A stretch of 64,000 nt of DNA from Eledone cirrhosa (lineage: Eukaryota). Positions 12,880 through 29,251 of the stretch are shown here, one piece after another. Below the pieces are notes generated by a model. That model did not search any database, had not been told where the DNA came from, and was given only the letters and a program-made list of their open reading frames with translations. Numbering within the stretch: the stretch's first letter is position 1; the number at the start of each line of letters is the position of its first letter. Position numbers and translations under genes: made by a program. The stretch covers positions 323,454,001 through 323,518,000 of the forward strand of contig OZ024741.1 in the NCBI GenBank assembly GCA_964016885.1. The letters run 5' to 3'.

Positions 12880-13491
12880 ATTTGCACTTGTAGTGCGAAA
12901 CTTTTCTTTGAGTCTATGGTTACAATAAATTGATCTTTCGATTTTATTGTTGAGTAACTTATTCTTCGAACTCAAAACGTGGAACTGCTTAAGGTCACAT
13001 AATCGACAGCTTCTCATACCACTCCGATATGGGAGCGCGTGCGATAATTTTTTCCACTTCAGGGTGTATTGATGGTTACTTTCCCTCAGTTGCCAGGTCT
13101 TGTTTGCAAGGGTAGTTACATAACGATGCTGGGAATGTTTTATTGCGTAACGGTGTGTATACCATCGGGCTTTAAATGTATTCCCAGTCGCTCCGATGTA
13201 ATACCATTTCTGGTTGTCTGATTCCACTGTGCATTCGTAAACCAGGTTAGACTGCATACATTCGTTATGTAATGGACAGGTTTCAGGTAGGTGGCAGTTA
13301 CAATTCTTGTCATGAGCAACTTTGGCATTATTGGTGGGCTGCGATGCCTGTACAGGTGTATTACGTTTTGTTTGCTTATTAGTGGGTGGTTGTGTATTAG
13401 ATATTCTGTTGTGTTCAATGGTGATTGTATTGTTATTGTTATAAATTTGTGTTCTGGTGTTGTTATGTATCTTTTTAGCGTTAAGCATCAT
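12880..13491 (-). pseudogene. Penelope GIY-YIG endonuclease
   Basis: NLVYECTV..YYIGATGNTFKARWYTH..TTLA..W..CRLC..LLNNKIE..CNH. Confidence 0.9.
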
Positions 13492-13500
13492 AATGTGTGC

Positions 13501-14722
13501 CTATATATTTAGTGCCGTGGAGTAAGATAGTCTAATAGATTTAGTGTTAAGGATTTTGCTGTATCTATGTGAATCTGGAAAGTGTTTATTTATTATTCTA
13601 AAGAAGGTAGAGGGTAGGTTAGTACTAATAGAGGTGTTAAATATGGGGTTATACCAAATATATTTTCTACTGCGTGACTTGTTTGATTTCGATGTTGTAT
13701 TTCTATTTACCGTATAATTTGTAGTTCTATGCGTAAATGCGTGTGTGCGTGTGTTTCTGGAGTTTGTGTTATGCGTGTTTGTGTGCGCGTTGCGGAGGCT
13801 TTCATCTATATATTCTACTCTATCTAAATGGCCTTCCTTGTCTAGTGCGGTATTGTAGTATTCTGCATGTTCCTCGACGATTTGTCGGTTAGACGAGAAG
13901 CGGGAGATCCCAAGGGATATGCTGCGTGGAATGGATTTAATTATGGATAGTGGGTGGTTTGAGTTACAGTTGATGTATGCTAAGTTGTCATTAATCTTGT
14001 GAAAAGATCTTAAGTTATTTAGGTTAAGCGTCGCGTCTAGAAAGTTAACTGTTTTAGTGCTATACTCATACGTTATGCTAAGGCCTAGTTTCCCGAGAGT
14101 CTTTCTAATATTCTTACGGAGTCTTTCTATGCTCTGGTTATTTAGGTTCTTAACTAGGAGAAGGGCGTCCTCTCTGTAGATTCCACCGTGAAGGTCGCCA
14201 AACTCACTCTGTAAACTATGGGCTATGTAAATACCTACTAAATCTGTGACTTGAGCCGAGTCGTTAGCCCCCATCGTGATGTCAAAGTTATTTAATCTAT
14301 CCTTACGTTCCCAATAGGCGTTTTCAAATTTAATTATTGTTTTCCTAGCAGCTAATATAATTTTTATCTCGTCGTCTGTTAGGTCAGAATTGGCTTTGGC
14401 GAATGCTAAGGCTTTATCCAAGGTGTTGAGGGATATAGAGGAGTAATAGTCATTAATATCAAATTGTATAAACTTAGATACTTTTTTGTTAGCTATATTG
14501 TTAAACCACTTAATTGTTTCGGTTGCGTTACCCTAGTTTATTCACTTGTGTTATCACTCTGTCTAATATATGTTTACTAATTTTCCCGATGTCCGATTTG
14601 GACGGGGATATAAGTCTAATTGTGGAGTTATAATCAAAATTTACATTGTGGTCCTTGAGATTAAATGTGGGGGTACATGGCCTAAGTGGCTCCGTTCTGT
14701 CGTCTATTCCTAGGCGTTTGAC
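13501..14722 (-). pseudogene. Penelope reverse transcriptase (frameshifted; YRDD changed to YRED)
   Basis: ORFs 14528-14764 and 13501-14421 carry consecutive Penelope RT motifs. Confidence 0.9.
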
Positions 14723-14737
14723 TATATATATATATAG

Positions 14738-15021
14738 GGAAAAAAGATGAAATCGAAAATGCAACCGGAGTCTTATTTTTAAAAAAATATATATATTTAT
14801 TTGGTCCCTTTACCGGTTTCGCAGTTCTTGTGCTTTTCAAAAGTAGAGTTGAGATGGAGGGTCTGTGGTTTTTCTCACATGTGAGAAAAACCACAGACCC
14901 TCCATCTCAACTCTACTTTTGAAAAGCACAAGAACTGCGAAACCGGTAAAGGGACCAAATAAATATATATATTTTTTTAAAAATAAGACTCCGGTTGCAT
15001 TTTCGATTTCATCTTTTTTCC
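14738..15021. repeat. Perfect palindrome of about 284 bp with no spacer; each arm contains a hammerhead
   Basis: Centre CTCACA|TGTGAG at 14879/14880; the arms match base for base by eye. Confidence 0.95.
14911..14954 (+). ncRNA. Minimal hammerhead ribozyme, U3:A8 variant (mirror copy on the minus strand at about 14805-14848)
   Basis: CTT-TTGAAAA-GCA-CAAGAAC-TGC-GAAAC-CG-GTA-AAG; palindromic ACCGGT stem III. Confidence 0.7.
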
Positions 15022-15481
15022 TTATACTTTCACTCGTGTAGGACACCTCGGTTATTTCACTTTCTAATATGTATATATATATACGTTTATGTATTTGCAA
15101 GATTCTTGATGTGAAATCGGGTGTTGAAACATATATATTTGGTGATGATAATTTTGCCAGTATTGCCAATAAAAAAACAAGACGCGCATCATTTGATTTA
15201 TATTTATATTTATTGTTTGTAGATGGAGTAGAAGTTTCTGACAAGAAAGGAGATGAGGCACGAAAGAGAACATATTGTCTTTGAGGAGGACACAGAATGT
15301 ATGACGAAAGAACTTTGACAAACGAACGAATAACGAGCAATAAAGATAAAGTGAAAATCATATGGTGCACGTGTTTCGTTTTATTGGCAATGCTGGCAAC
15401 ATGACCATCCCCAAATATAACAATACACACACACACATATATATATATATATACATACATACACGCACACACACACACACA

Positions 15482-15571
<90 letters not shown>

Positions 15572-15627
15572 CATATACATACATATACATGTACATATAT
15601 GTATATATGTATACATATATACGTATA

Positions 15628-16033
15628 TCTGTATATATAAAACTGTTGTCTGTGTGTGTGTGTCCTCATTTTTGCAAAGTCTATACAAATCCACATTTCT
15701 ACTCCGATTGACTTCAAACTTGCATTTATATATTCCTTGCAGTCTAAAAAACTAACTGCAGCTTTTATTTTTCAATTTTCTGTTGTTAAAGGGCTGTTAG
15801 GCGCCGGTTATTGATCTCCGTCGAGGCCTTATAATATCTGTCTGTATGTCTGACTGCCTGCATTACGACATTCTGACGAACAGGTCATTGCTGACGTATT
15901 ATTTTCACTACATTCACATACATACACACACACACACACACATACACACACACATATATATATATATACATGTATACTTATATCTACATATATATATATA
16001 CACATATATACATATACACACACATATACACAC

Positions 16034-16064
<31 letters not shown>

Positions 16065-16176
16065 CATATACAAACACATATACACACATATATACAAATA
16101 TACATATATATAAATATACACATAAAAATATATGTATATATACACACGCACACACACACACACATATATATATATA

Positions 16177-16221
<45 letters not shown>

Positions 16222-16276
16222 CATACACACACACATATATATATATATGCATACATACACACACACACATATATAT

Positions 16277-16357
<81 letters not shown>

Positions 16358-17065
16358 CACAAATACATTGTAGGTCGCTTTAACCCGTCTTTTATTATTC
16401 AAAAATCTTCCTGCCAATAAACATTAACCCTTTGTGCGCCATTCATCTAACTGTAGACCAACACATACCAACTAAACGGAGCGTTGACAAGAACGATGGC
16501 GAATGAATCTTCGAGGTAAGCAGTTTCCTCCCGAGCTGTTAGTTCACGCGGGATTCTCTGCTACACATTTTCGTAATAATACCGAACAACGTACTGCTGG
16601 TCACTCCTTCCTCCAAAAGCCGTACATGTGTATCGGGTAGATGGATCGGGTGCAAATCTACACCAGGCCTACGCGAGAAATTCGGAAAGGACTGCACCGA
16701 GAGGGATAGAGAGAAAGAGTAACTTAGTGGAAAGAGGGCGAATGAACTTTTAAGGTAAGTAGCTTACGCCTTACTTCTATGACACTGGAACCTTCTGCCA
16801 ACTTAACCTGTGACTTTCTCTTTCACATCTACTCCAAAAGGCTAAAACAGAGGAATATGAAAAGAAGGGGCTCAACAATATTTCTATGAACAATGCACAT
16901 AGACAGCTAAACTGTACTTTCAACTTCTTAATTTTCTCCAAATAAAACAAGTTTCCTGTCAGTATATTTTTGTGAGTTTTTAACAGGCACTCACAAATAA
17001 ACGTTTCTCATTGGAGGTGCTATTACCAATGTTCTTACCCTTGCAACGCCGGGATACACCGCTAG
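15628..17065 (+). mobile_element. Non-autonomous Helitron with internal (CA)/(TA) expansion
   Basis: A|TCTGTATATATAAAACTG start; CCCTTGCAACGCCGGG hairpin followed by CTAG|T end; both termini match those of the neighbouring element. Confidence 0.72.
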
Positions 17066-17094
17066 TATATATATATATATATATATACACAGAC

Positions 17095-17220
<126 letters not shown>

Positions 17221-17261
17221 TATATATAATATACTGGTTATCACTTATTTTTTATCATTTA

Positions 17262-18154
17262 CTAGCAGTAAAGCCCGGCGTTGCTCGGGGTCGCTCAGTA
17301 GCTGTGTTAAAGTTACAATGTTAAGTTTCTTTTTTGGCTTAAAAACTGTAGTGTCTACTGTGCAGACTTGCATGTGGTGTTTTTGATTAATATTCCCTCA
17401 ACCAACAATATGCCTTATGAAGTTAAGAAAACATAACGATAACCCGAATGTTATAACAAAAGAGGATGCTGGGGATAAAAACTGCACTGGTTATTTATTA
17501 ACAAAGATCGAAAATGTAAACACTGCAACGCAGAGAAAAACATTAGCGTAACCAAATTATCAGTTATGTCTGTCTGCACGCCTATATCACCTCTCTGCAC
17601 GACTGTCTGTCTGCACGCCTATATCACCTCTCTGCACGACTATCTGTCTGCACGCGTATATCACCTCTCTGCACGACTGTCTGTCTGCACGCCTAACGAA
17701 ATTTACAGATACATATATTTTAAATAAACTTATATAATTTTTGCTTTTTTTTACGAAATATTTGCTTGTTTTAAGTAGTTTTTAAATAGACTTGTTTTCA
17801 AGTAAAAATATTGTTTTGAAAGGCTTGTTTTACGTAGTCTTTAAATCGTGTATTGTGTTAATGTCATTTTAAACGCTGAGAAAGCCAGCGTAATTTTTTT
17901 AATTTTTGCACGCAGACGCCCAATGTAAACAGAACGAAGGGAAATAACTGATCACTTACGCTCAAAAATCGATACATTATATTCGATTTCGTCAGATAGG
18001 GCGGGTCAATTTGAAATATTTTTTTTCCGATGTCTTCGCTAGGGCTCAATGTACAAGTATAGCAATTTCGGTGCAATTCCGTGAGAGATTCTAAGAGGAG
18101 ATGTGTGCCAAAAATCGATAGACAGACAGACAACCTCAGTTTTATATATATAGA
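17262..18154 (-). mobile_element. Non-autonomous Helitron
   Basis: Minus strand A|TCTATATATATAAAACTGAGGTTGTCTGTCTGTC start; CCCGAGCAACGCCGGG hairpin; CTAG|T end. Confidence 0.82.
17567..17694. repeat. 37 bp tandem repeat, about 3.5 copies, inside the Helitron
   Basis: TGTCTGTCTGCACGCCTATATCACCTCTCTGCACGAC at 17567, 17604, 17641 and a partial copy at 17678. Confidence 0.92.
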
Positions 18155-18363
18155 TTTTGTTTTGACCTGTTTAGCTTGATTTGGTTTTTGGCTTGGGTGG
18201 TTAATGCTTTCTTGACCACCTTTTCAGGTTTGTATGGCTTCTTAACACATTGTTTAGCTCTGGTTTTTAACTATTGAGCACTTTGCCAGTATCATTTCTG
18301 ATATTTGCGTTTAACTTCGCTTTTCCTGCCCGCCGAAAATCCAATTCTCGTTGAATCTTTATT

Positions 18364-18443
<80 letters not shown>

Positions 18444-18572
18444 TATATATACACATATATATACATATATATATATGTATATGTATATATATATTTTTTT
18501 CCACGATACACACACACACGTATGTATATATATATATATATATACATGTGCATGTACACATACACACGTACG

Positions 18573-18605
<33 letters not shown>

Positions 18606-18720
18606 GCATGTACACATACACACGTACACACATATATATATATACATGCACATGTATATATATATGTGTACGTGTGTATGTGTACATGCACATGTATATA
18701 TATATATATATATATATATA

Positions 18721-23380
<4,660 letters not shown>

Positions 23381-23742
23381 ACATGTGTACATGCACATGT
23401 ATATATATATACACTTACACACACGTATATATATATATATATATATATATATACGTGTGTGTGTGTATATATATATACATGTGCATGTACACATACACAC
23501 TAGAAATACCTGAGACACAGTGACACAAATATACTGCCAATATAATAAGAATGTGTTTCTATTTAGCTAAGTTTCTATTCAGCTATGAAATAAAACTGCT
23601 GAGAAATTCTTGCTGTAAAATTTACTGAAATTGGAAGGTTTTAGTAGAAGTCACGAAACCTGAAGTAGCTGATAGTAAAGTTACTGAAAAGGACAATACC
23701 GAGCTGGATGTAACGGCACCAGAAACTATTGAATTAGTTTAA

Positions 23743-24036
23743 CATGATGGTGATGATGATGGCGGTAATGATGGGGAGGATGGTTACGATAGGGAGGATG
23801 GTAATGATGGTGATGATGGTGGTGTTGGTAATGGTGATGAGGATGATGATGATGGAAATGATAGTGGGAATAATGATGAGGGAGATGATGGTGAGGATGA
23901 TGATGGTGATGATGGTGATGACGATGATGGTGGTGATGCTGCTGCTGCTGCTACTGCTACGGATAAGGATGGGGATGATGGTAATGATGATGGTAATGAT
24001 GATGGTGATGATGATGGTGATGATGATGGTGATGGC

Positions 24037-24081
<45 letters not shown>

Positions 24082-24465
24082 GGTGGAGATAATGACGGCG
24101 ATGATGGTGATGATGATGATGGCGATGAAGGTGGTGAGGAGGATGATGATAGTGATGATGCTGATAAGGATGATAATGAGGGTAATGATGGTAGTGATGG
24201 TGATGATGCTGATGATGTTGATGATGATGATGGTGGGAATAATGATTGGGATGGTGGTGATGATGATGATAAAGATGAGAATGATGGTGGTGATGGTGTT
24301 GATGATGATGAGGATGATGATGATGATGATAATGATGGGGATGATAGTGATGATGGTGGTGATGGTGATGATGATGGTGATGGTGATTGTGGTGGTGATG
24401 ATGGCAATGGTGACGTTGATGATCGTGTTGATGACGACGACATTAATGATAATGATGATGATGAT
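23743..24465. repeat. Imperfect (GAT/GGT/AAT)n repeat
   Basis: Directly visible; trinucleotide phase is maintained for about 720 bp. Confidence 0.95.
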
Positions 24466-25007
24466 GGGTCTTCCGTCAGTTTCGATGAAGAACATTCAGT
24501 TGCTCGATCAGCTGAACGTCTAAACACATGAAATTAGTGAGTATTCCTCAAACATGTGTACTTCACAGGCGTACTTCACAGGTGTACTTCACAGGCAAAC
24601 CGAATCAGCCCCACAAAATGTATCAGAAGGTGGACACTTAATTAAAACAACTGTTTTATCTTTCTGAAGCCTCCATGTCAAATTTTATGCTCTATCGCCC
24701 TCATTACCTCTTTTCTTGTCCCTCTCTCTCTATACCTCTCCCATCTCCTTTCGTTCTTCTCCCCCTCCTCCTCCTCCTCCTCCTCCTCTTCTTCTTCTTC
24801 TTCTTCTTCTTCTTCTTCTTCTTCTTCTTCTTCTTCTTCTTCCCTGACCGTTCTCTTTTTCATAAGAGGCTTTATTTTAACCAGACACCCCTTTTCTATT
24901 CATAACAGCATCTGACTGTTTCACAGCTATTTCTGCGTTTGAGATACCTACAATTTTATAAAACAACTGTATTTATATTTATATTCTATATTCTATATTC
25001 AGCTTGA

Positions 25008-25095
<88 letters not shown>

Positions 25096-25119
25096 TTTAT
25101 TTTTTTATTTTGAATTTGG

Positions 25120-25480
25120 CGTAGCCGCCCATTGATCGCTCGTATACAGGAAACTCACTGGCCAGTCTGCTGATATGTAAATCTGGGTGATCAATGGATC
25201 TGCTAATATGTAGATTTGACTGATCTGTCTGCTAATATGCAAATCAGGCCGATCAGTCACTGTATATTTTAGAAAATATCATATATTTTCACTAGCTCTA
25301 ACAGTTGGTAGGTGAACAGTGAACTGTACTGATGAAGGGTTATACCCAGAAACATTAGTGTTAGCAGTTCTGTTTACATGCCAACACAAGAGCAAGAATG
25401 AGGGGCTCATTCTACTGACATGGGTTTAAAAATGAGGCTTGTTTGCATACTTGCAAACGAATCGAATATTATTATTAATA
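25120..25480 (+). mobile_element. Small non-coding element with repeated octamer-like motifs and a hammerhead (retrozyme/Penelope pLTR-like)
   Basis: ATATGTAAAT, ATATGTAGAT and ATATGCAAAT in about 30 bp repeats at 25168-25245; hammerhead at 25321-25370; similar to 49060-49140. Confidence 0.6.
25321..25370 (+). ncRNA. Type I hammerhead ribozyme
   Basis: GAACTGT(A)-CTGATGA-A-GGGT-TAT-ACCC-A-GAAACA-TTAG-TGTT-(A)GCAGTTC; the first pair of stem I is mismatched. Confidence 0.78.
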
Positions 25481-25563
25481 TTCGAAAAACTCAGATTACA
25501 TTTATTGTATTCAGCCATGTAGAGCGAACATTTAAAACATTTTTTTATGTTATATATATATAT

Positions 25564-25750
25564 ATATCATAAAGTATGTCCATAGAATCATTTGATAATA
25601 TATATACACCATTTCCTCTCCCAATTAGCATAATTAACCACATAGACCAGTTTGGTCTAATTGATTTTTTATGTGGTTAATTATGCTAATTGGGAGAGGA
25701 AATGGTGTATATATATTATCAAATGATTCTATGGACATACTTTATGATAT
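25564..25750. repeat. Inverted repeat, about 81 bp arms with a 25 nt spacer
   Basis: ATATCATAAAGTATGTCC...AACCACATA and TATGTGGTT...GGACATACTTTATGATAT. Confidence 0.93.
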
Positions 25751-25854
25751 ATTGCTCTGCTTATTTAATTTATTAATTCTTCATTGAGCCACATCGTGAA
25801 TGGTTGCCAAAACATATATATATGTGACTTTGTTTAGTTTGTGTATATGTAAAT

Positions 25855-25976
<122 letters not shown>

Positions 25977-26020
25977 CATTACTATAATAATATTTCGCTA
26001 TATATTGATTCATAGAGGTA

Positions 26021-26084
26021 GTTAGCATCTGATGAGGAGACAAATGTCTTCGAAATGACTGATAACTATTGAAGGATATGCAAC
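26021..26084 (+). ncRNA. Degenerate hammerhead-like fold
   Basis: CTGATGA-GGAGACA-AA-TGTCTTC-GAAA with good stem II; GTTAGCAT/ATGCAAC could form stem I; stem III is unclear. Confidence 0.45.
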
Positions 26085-26917
26085 AATATCGAACCAGCGA
26101 GCGAGAGTCTATGCGGCCATTCAATATGCTAGTAATAAAAGCCCAATCTCCCTTAAAGCACACCATACCATCTTAAATAAATAACACATTGGAAGGAAAG
26201 ACATGAACATTATGATTGGAAAACATTTGATAGAATGTGCAATGAGAGCTGACTTGGTGCTAAGCAAGAAGAAGAAAAAGAAGAAGATTGTAAGAAAGAA
26301 GAAACAAAGAAAGAAAATGAAAAGAAGTTGAAGAAGAGGTTAACTAATACGACAACAACAATAACCCCGCCCCACCCATTATGAAATGATATGAAGACTG
26401 AGTCTATCGAAGTTATGTGGGCGGTTGTCTAGGATAAATATTTATCTTTCAAAAAATTATATATCCCTTTTAAATTGAAATAGAGAGAATAAAGAACTGA
26501 AATTAAAGTACACCTTAATAAATATCGCAGTAAAATAACATATCTTAATGGCCTCCATTAACTCTCGCTGAATCATAGATAGTAACGATAAACTTCACTT
26601 CGTATTTTATTCGTCGCCATCTTGTAATTCATCGTTAACTGCTTTCATCATTCCTTCATTATTTATTTTGCCTGTATACAGTAAATGTTTCTTCCCATTT
26701 CTTTCGTTATTTTAAAATTTATTTCTGATGTCATGTAATTTTTCTTTTGAATTTTTATTACATTTATTCATCTTTCATTATTTTATTTTTTACAGTCTCA
26801 CTGAAGAATGTACATGTGTATATATATTTATTTGTATGTATATCTATGTGTGTATCATTATATGTATGTATGTATGTATGTATGTATATATATATATATA
26901 CATACATACATACATAT

Positions 26918-27200
26918 GTCAGGTCACCAGTTGGTGCTAGTGGTAACATGTATCCCAGTACAACCTGTCTCATGGTCGGGTCGTTGGCGACTAAACTGGC
27001 AACCCCACCAAGGTTTCTTGGTGAGGAGGGTGACTTTGGACATCCTGCAGGACTAAAAACAAAACCTGTCAAAAGGGCAAGGGAGCTCTTAAGACTCAAT
27101 AGCCATCCACAATCACCGGGAGAGATGACCCCTTAGCCTTTGTCAAGGCAGAATTCTAGGAGAAGGAAAACTCTGATATAACACCTGCAACCCTGATGGT
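26918..27200 (+). mobile_element. Probable RTE-type 5' UTR remnant
   Basis: CTAGGAGAAGGAAAACTCTG motif recalled from RTE 5' regions; GC-richer than the flanks; no ORF. Confidence 0.4.
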
Positions 27201-27524
27201 ATCCAATGATGTTGACTTGTTCTTCTTTTTGGTAAATATCATCTTGGTTAAGAGAGTGGGACTGGCTTTGTGCAGTGCCTTTGCTCACTATAAAAGCTTC
27301 ACAGCACAGGCATTGCTTTATATTTGGAGATCTCTCTGCACTTGTCATCACATGGTACCATGGGCCCTGCACTATGTGTCAATAATGGTCACAAGTGTAG
27401 TGTTTGTACCAGAGCTTTCAAGTCGCTGGCTGGACTAAAAAGTCACATTCGTTCAGCGCATCGGTAGGGGTTCTCCTACATGGATATAAAGTAGTGGCCG
27501 TACTCGAAAACGAGTTGGCAGCCA

Positions 27525-27629
<105 letters not shown>

Positions 27630-28610
27630 CACATATATATGTATATTATATATATAATATGCATATATATACGTACATAAACACATTTAGATTTGTACAT
27701 ATGGTACATATATATATATATGCATGTGTATATATAATATACATTTACACACACGCAAACATACACACAGACACACACAAACACACACACACATACAGAT
27801 AGACACACACATATATATGTATATACATATATTCAGAAAAATGTATGCATATACATTTTTCTACTGATCATTTATTTTCATTTGGCAGCCAATTATATTT
27901 GTTTAGCTGTTACTACTTTTTATCTTATTTTTTTCCTGTCGTGTTATTTCCTCGAGTTTATCTCCAAAAGAGAATATATCTAAACATTCTACTGTATTTG
28001 GAGATTTCCACATCTCAGTGTGAGAATTCATTTGTCGTTCGGTTTAACCCTTTGTACACCAAACCGTCTGAAACCAATCTGGTTTTATGATCTAAAATTG
28101 CTTGTTTTAAGCTGTTTATGTTTATCCAAATACGATTCATCATATTTCTATGGAAAACCATTGTTAATGTGTGTTCCAAACACTAGCTCAATAATAAGAA
28201 AGTTAGTTATATAACTAAATACTTCCAAAATCCTGATTATTTTCAAAGTTAGTTAAATGTCTTTCATTAGAAATATGGTAACGAAAGTTAACACCACCAC
28301 CTCGCACTATATTTGTTTTTAGCGGAGTCCACTGCGTTGCAAGCGTTCGGGCTAGTTTCAGGACACCCTCTTACCTCCTTCCCTCCCACCAGTCACAGGG
28401 GCGCCTAAAAGAGCCATCGGTACGGCCCCTTGCACCCTCACTAAACGGTAAAGAGAAAGTGACTTTTTTCCGAATGAGTTTCAGTAAACTGAGTATTAAC
28501 CCTTTCATTTCCTAATAAAAAACACTGCCTATGATTTAAAAATAATTTTCAAAATAATCAAGGTCTCGGAGGACTTTAGCACATTAACAAACGTTCTTAT
28601 TATTATAAAT

Positions 28611-28800
28611 GGCGGTGGATTGGCAGTATCGGTAGAGGGTCGGATGCCTTGACGGATTGAGTTACGGCCCTTGCCATTCTGAGTTCAAATCCCGCCGAGG
28701 TTAACTTTGCCTTTCATCCTTACGGAGTAGATAAAATAAAGTACCAGTAATACACTGGGGTAATAGCTGGCCTTGTACCAAAAGTAGAAACAATTATTAT
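28611..28800 (+). mobile_element. tRNA-derived SINE with Nin/Deu-like central domain
   Basis: A-box-like TGGCAGTATCGG; B-box GAGTTCAAATCC; GCCTTTCATCCTTACGG..GATAAAATAAAGTACCAG; many copies in this window. Confidence 0.88.
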
Positions 28801-29077
28801 AATAGTGTTTGGAACATAACTTAAGGTTTATTGCTAGGATTTTAGATAAATATAAACAATTTAATTCTTTCGATACCATATTAAAATGTGATATGTACCA
28901 GTCTATCATATGCTGTTGCAGTTTATCCTCGCGTTAATCCTGGTCGAACAAATCTATAGTCAAACGCATTCCACCAGCTTTTGTACAAAGTGTATCTAGG
29001 ATTACATTCATCCAATATGGTTTTCTTTATGTTTTGAATGATAGTGTCACTTGATGGAGATTTCGCTATTATTTCTA

Positions 29078-29150
29078 GTCTTGTTTTTATGTTAGAAACC
29101 AACTCTCTTTCGCTTGGTGAAAATTTATAAAATAATTAAATCCGAAGCAT
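29078..29150 (+). mobile_element. 3' tip of an older R4-like LINE copy
   Basis: TCTTGTTTTTATGTTAGAAACCAACTCTCT...GAAGCATACATA aligns with the 3' end at 33277-33355. Confidence 0.7.
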
Positions 29151-29251
29151 ACATAAATACAAGTATACATAAATACATACATTCATGCATACACGTATAC
29201 ATACATGTATACATACATAAATACATACATACATACATACATACATACATA

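Larger units (their letters stand above)
12001..14725 (-). mobile_element. Penelope-like retroelement (RT plus GIY-YIG, Neptune-like Cys spacing), 5'-truncated
   Basis: LKDHNVNF..RLISPSKSDIGKISK; MGANDSAQVTDLVG; IYRED; VNFLD; SNHP; WYNP; CNC..CPL..C..VY..YIG..FKARWYTH..CRLC; purine-rich 3' region with a hammerhead. Confidence 0.93.

Noticed and set aside
17567-17694. 37 bp repeats of CRISPR-like length
   Set aside because: Contiguous tandem copies without spacers, inside a Helitron
23734-24527. Met-rich, Ile-rich and Ser-rich ORFs
   Set aside because: Alternative frames of a (GAT)n-type repeat
28325-28358. Possible Helitron 3' end (..GGGCTAGT)
   Set aside because: Weak hairpin and no matching 5' TC terminus identified
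28611-28700. tRNA gene
   Set aside because: The A/B boxes belong to a multi-copy SINE head
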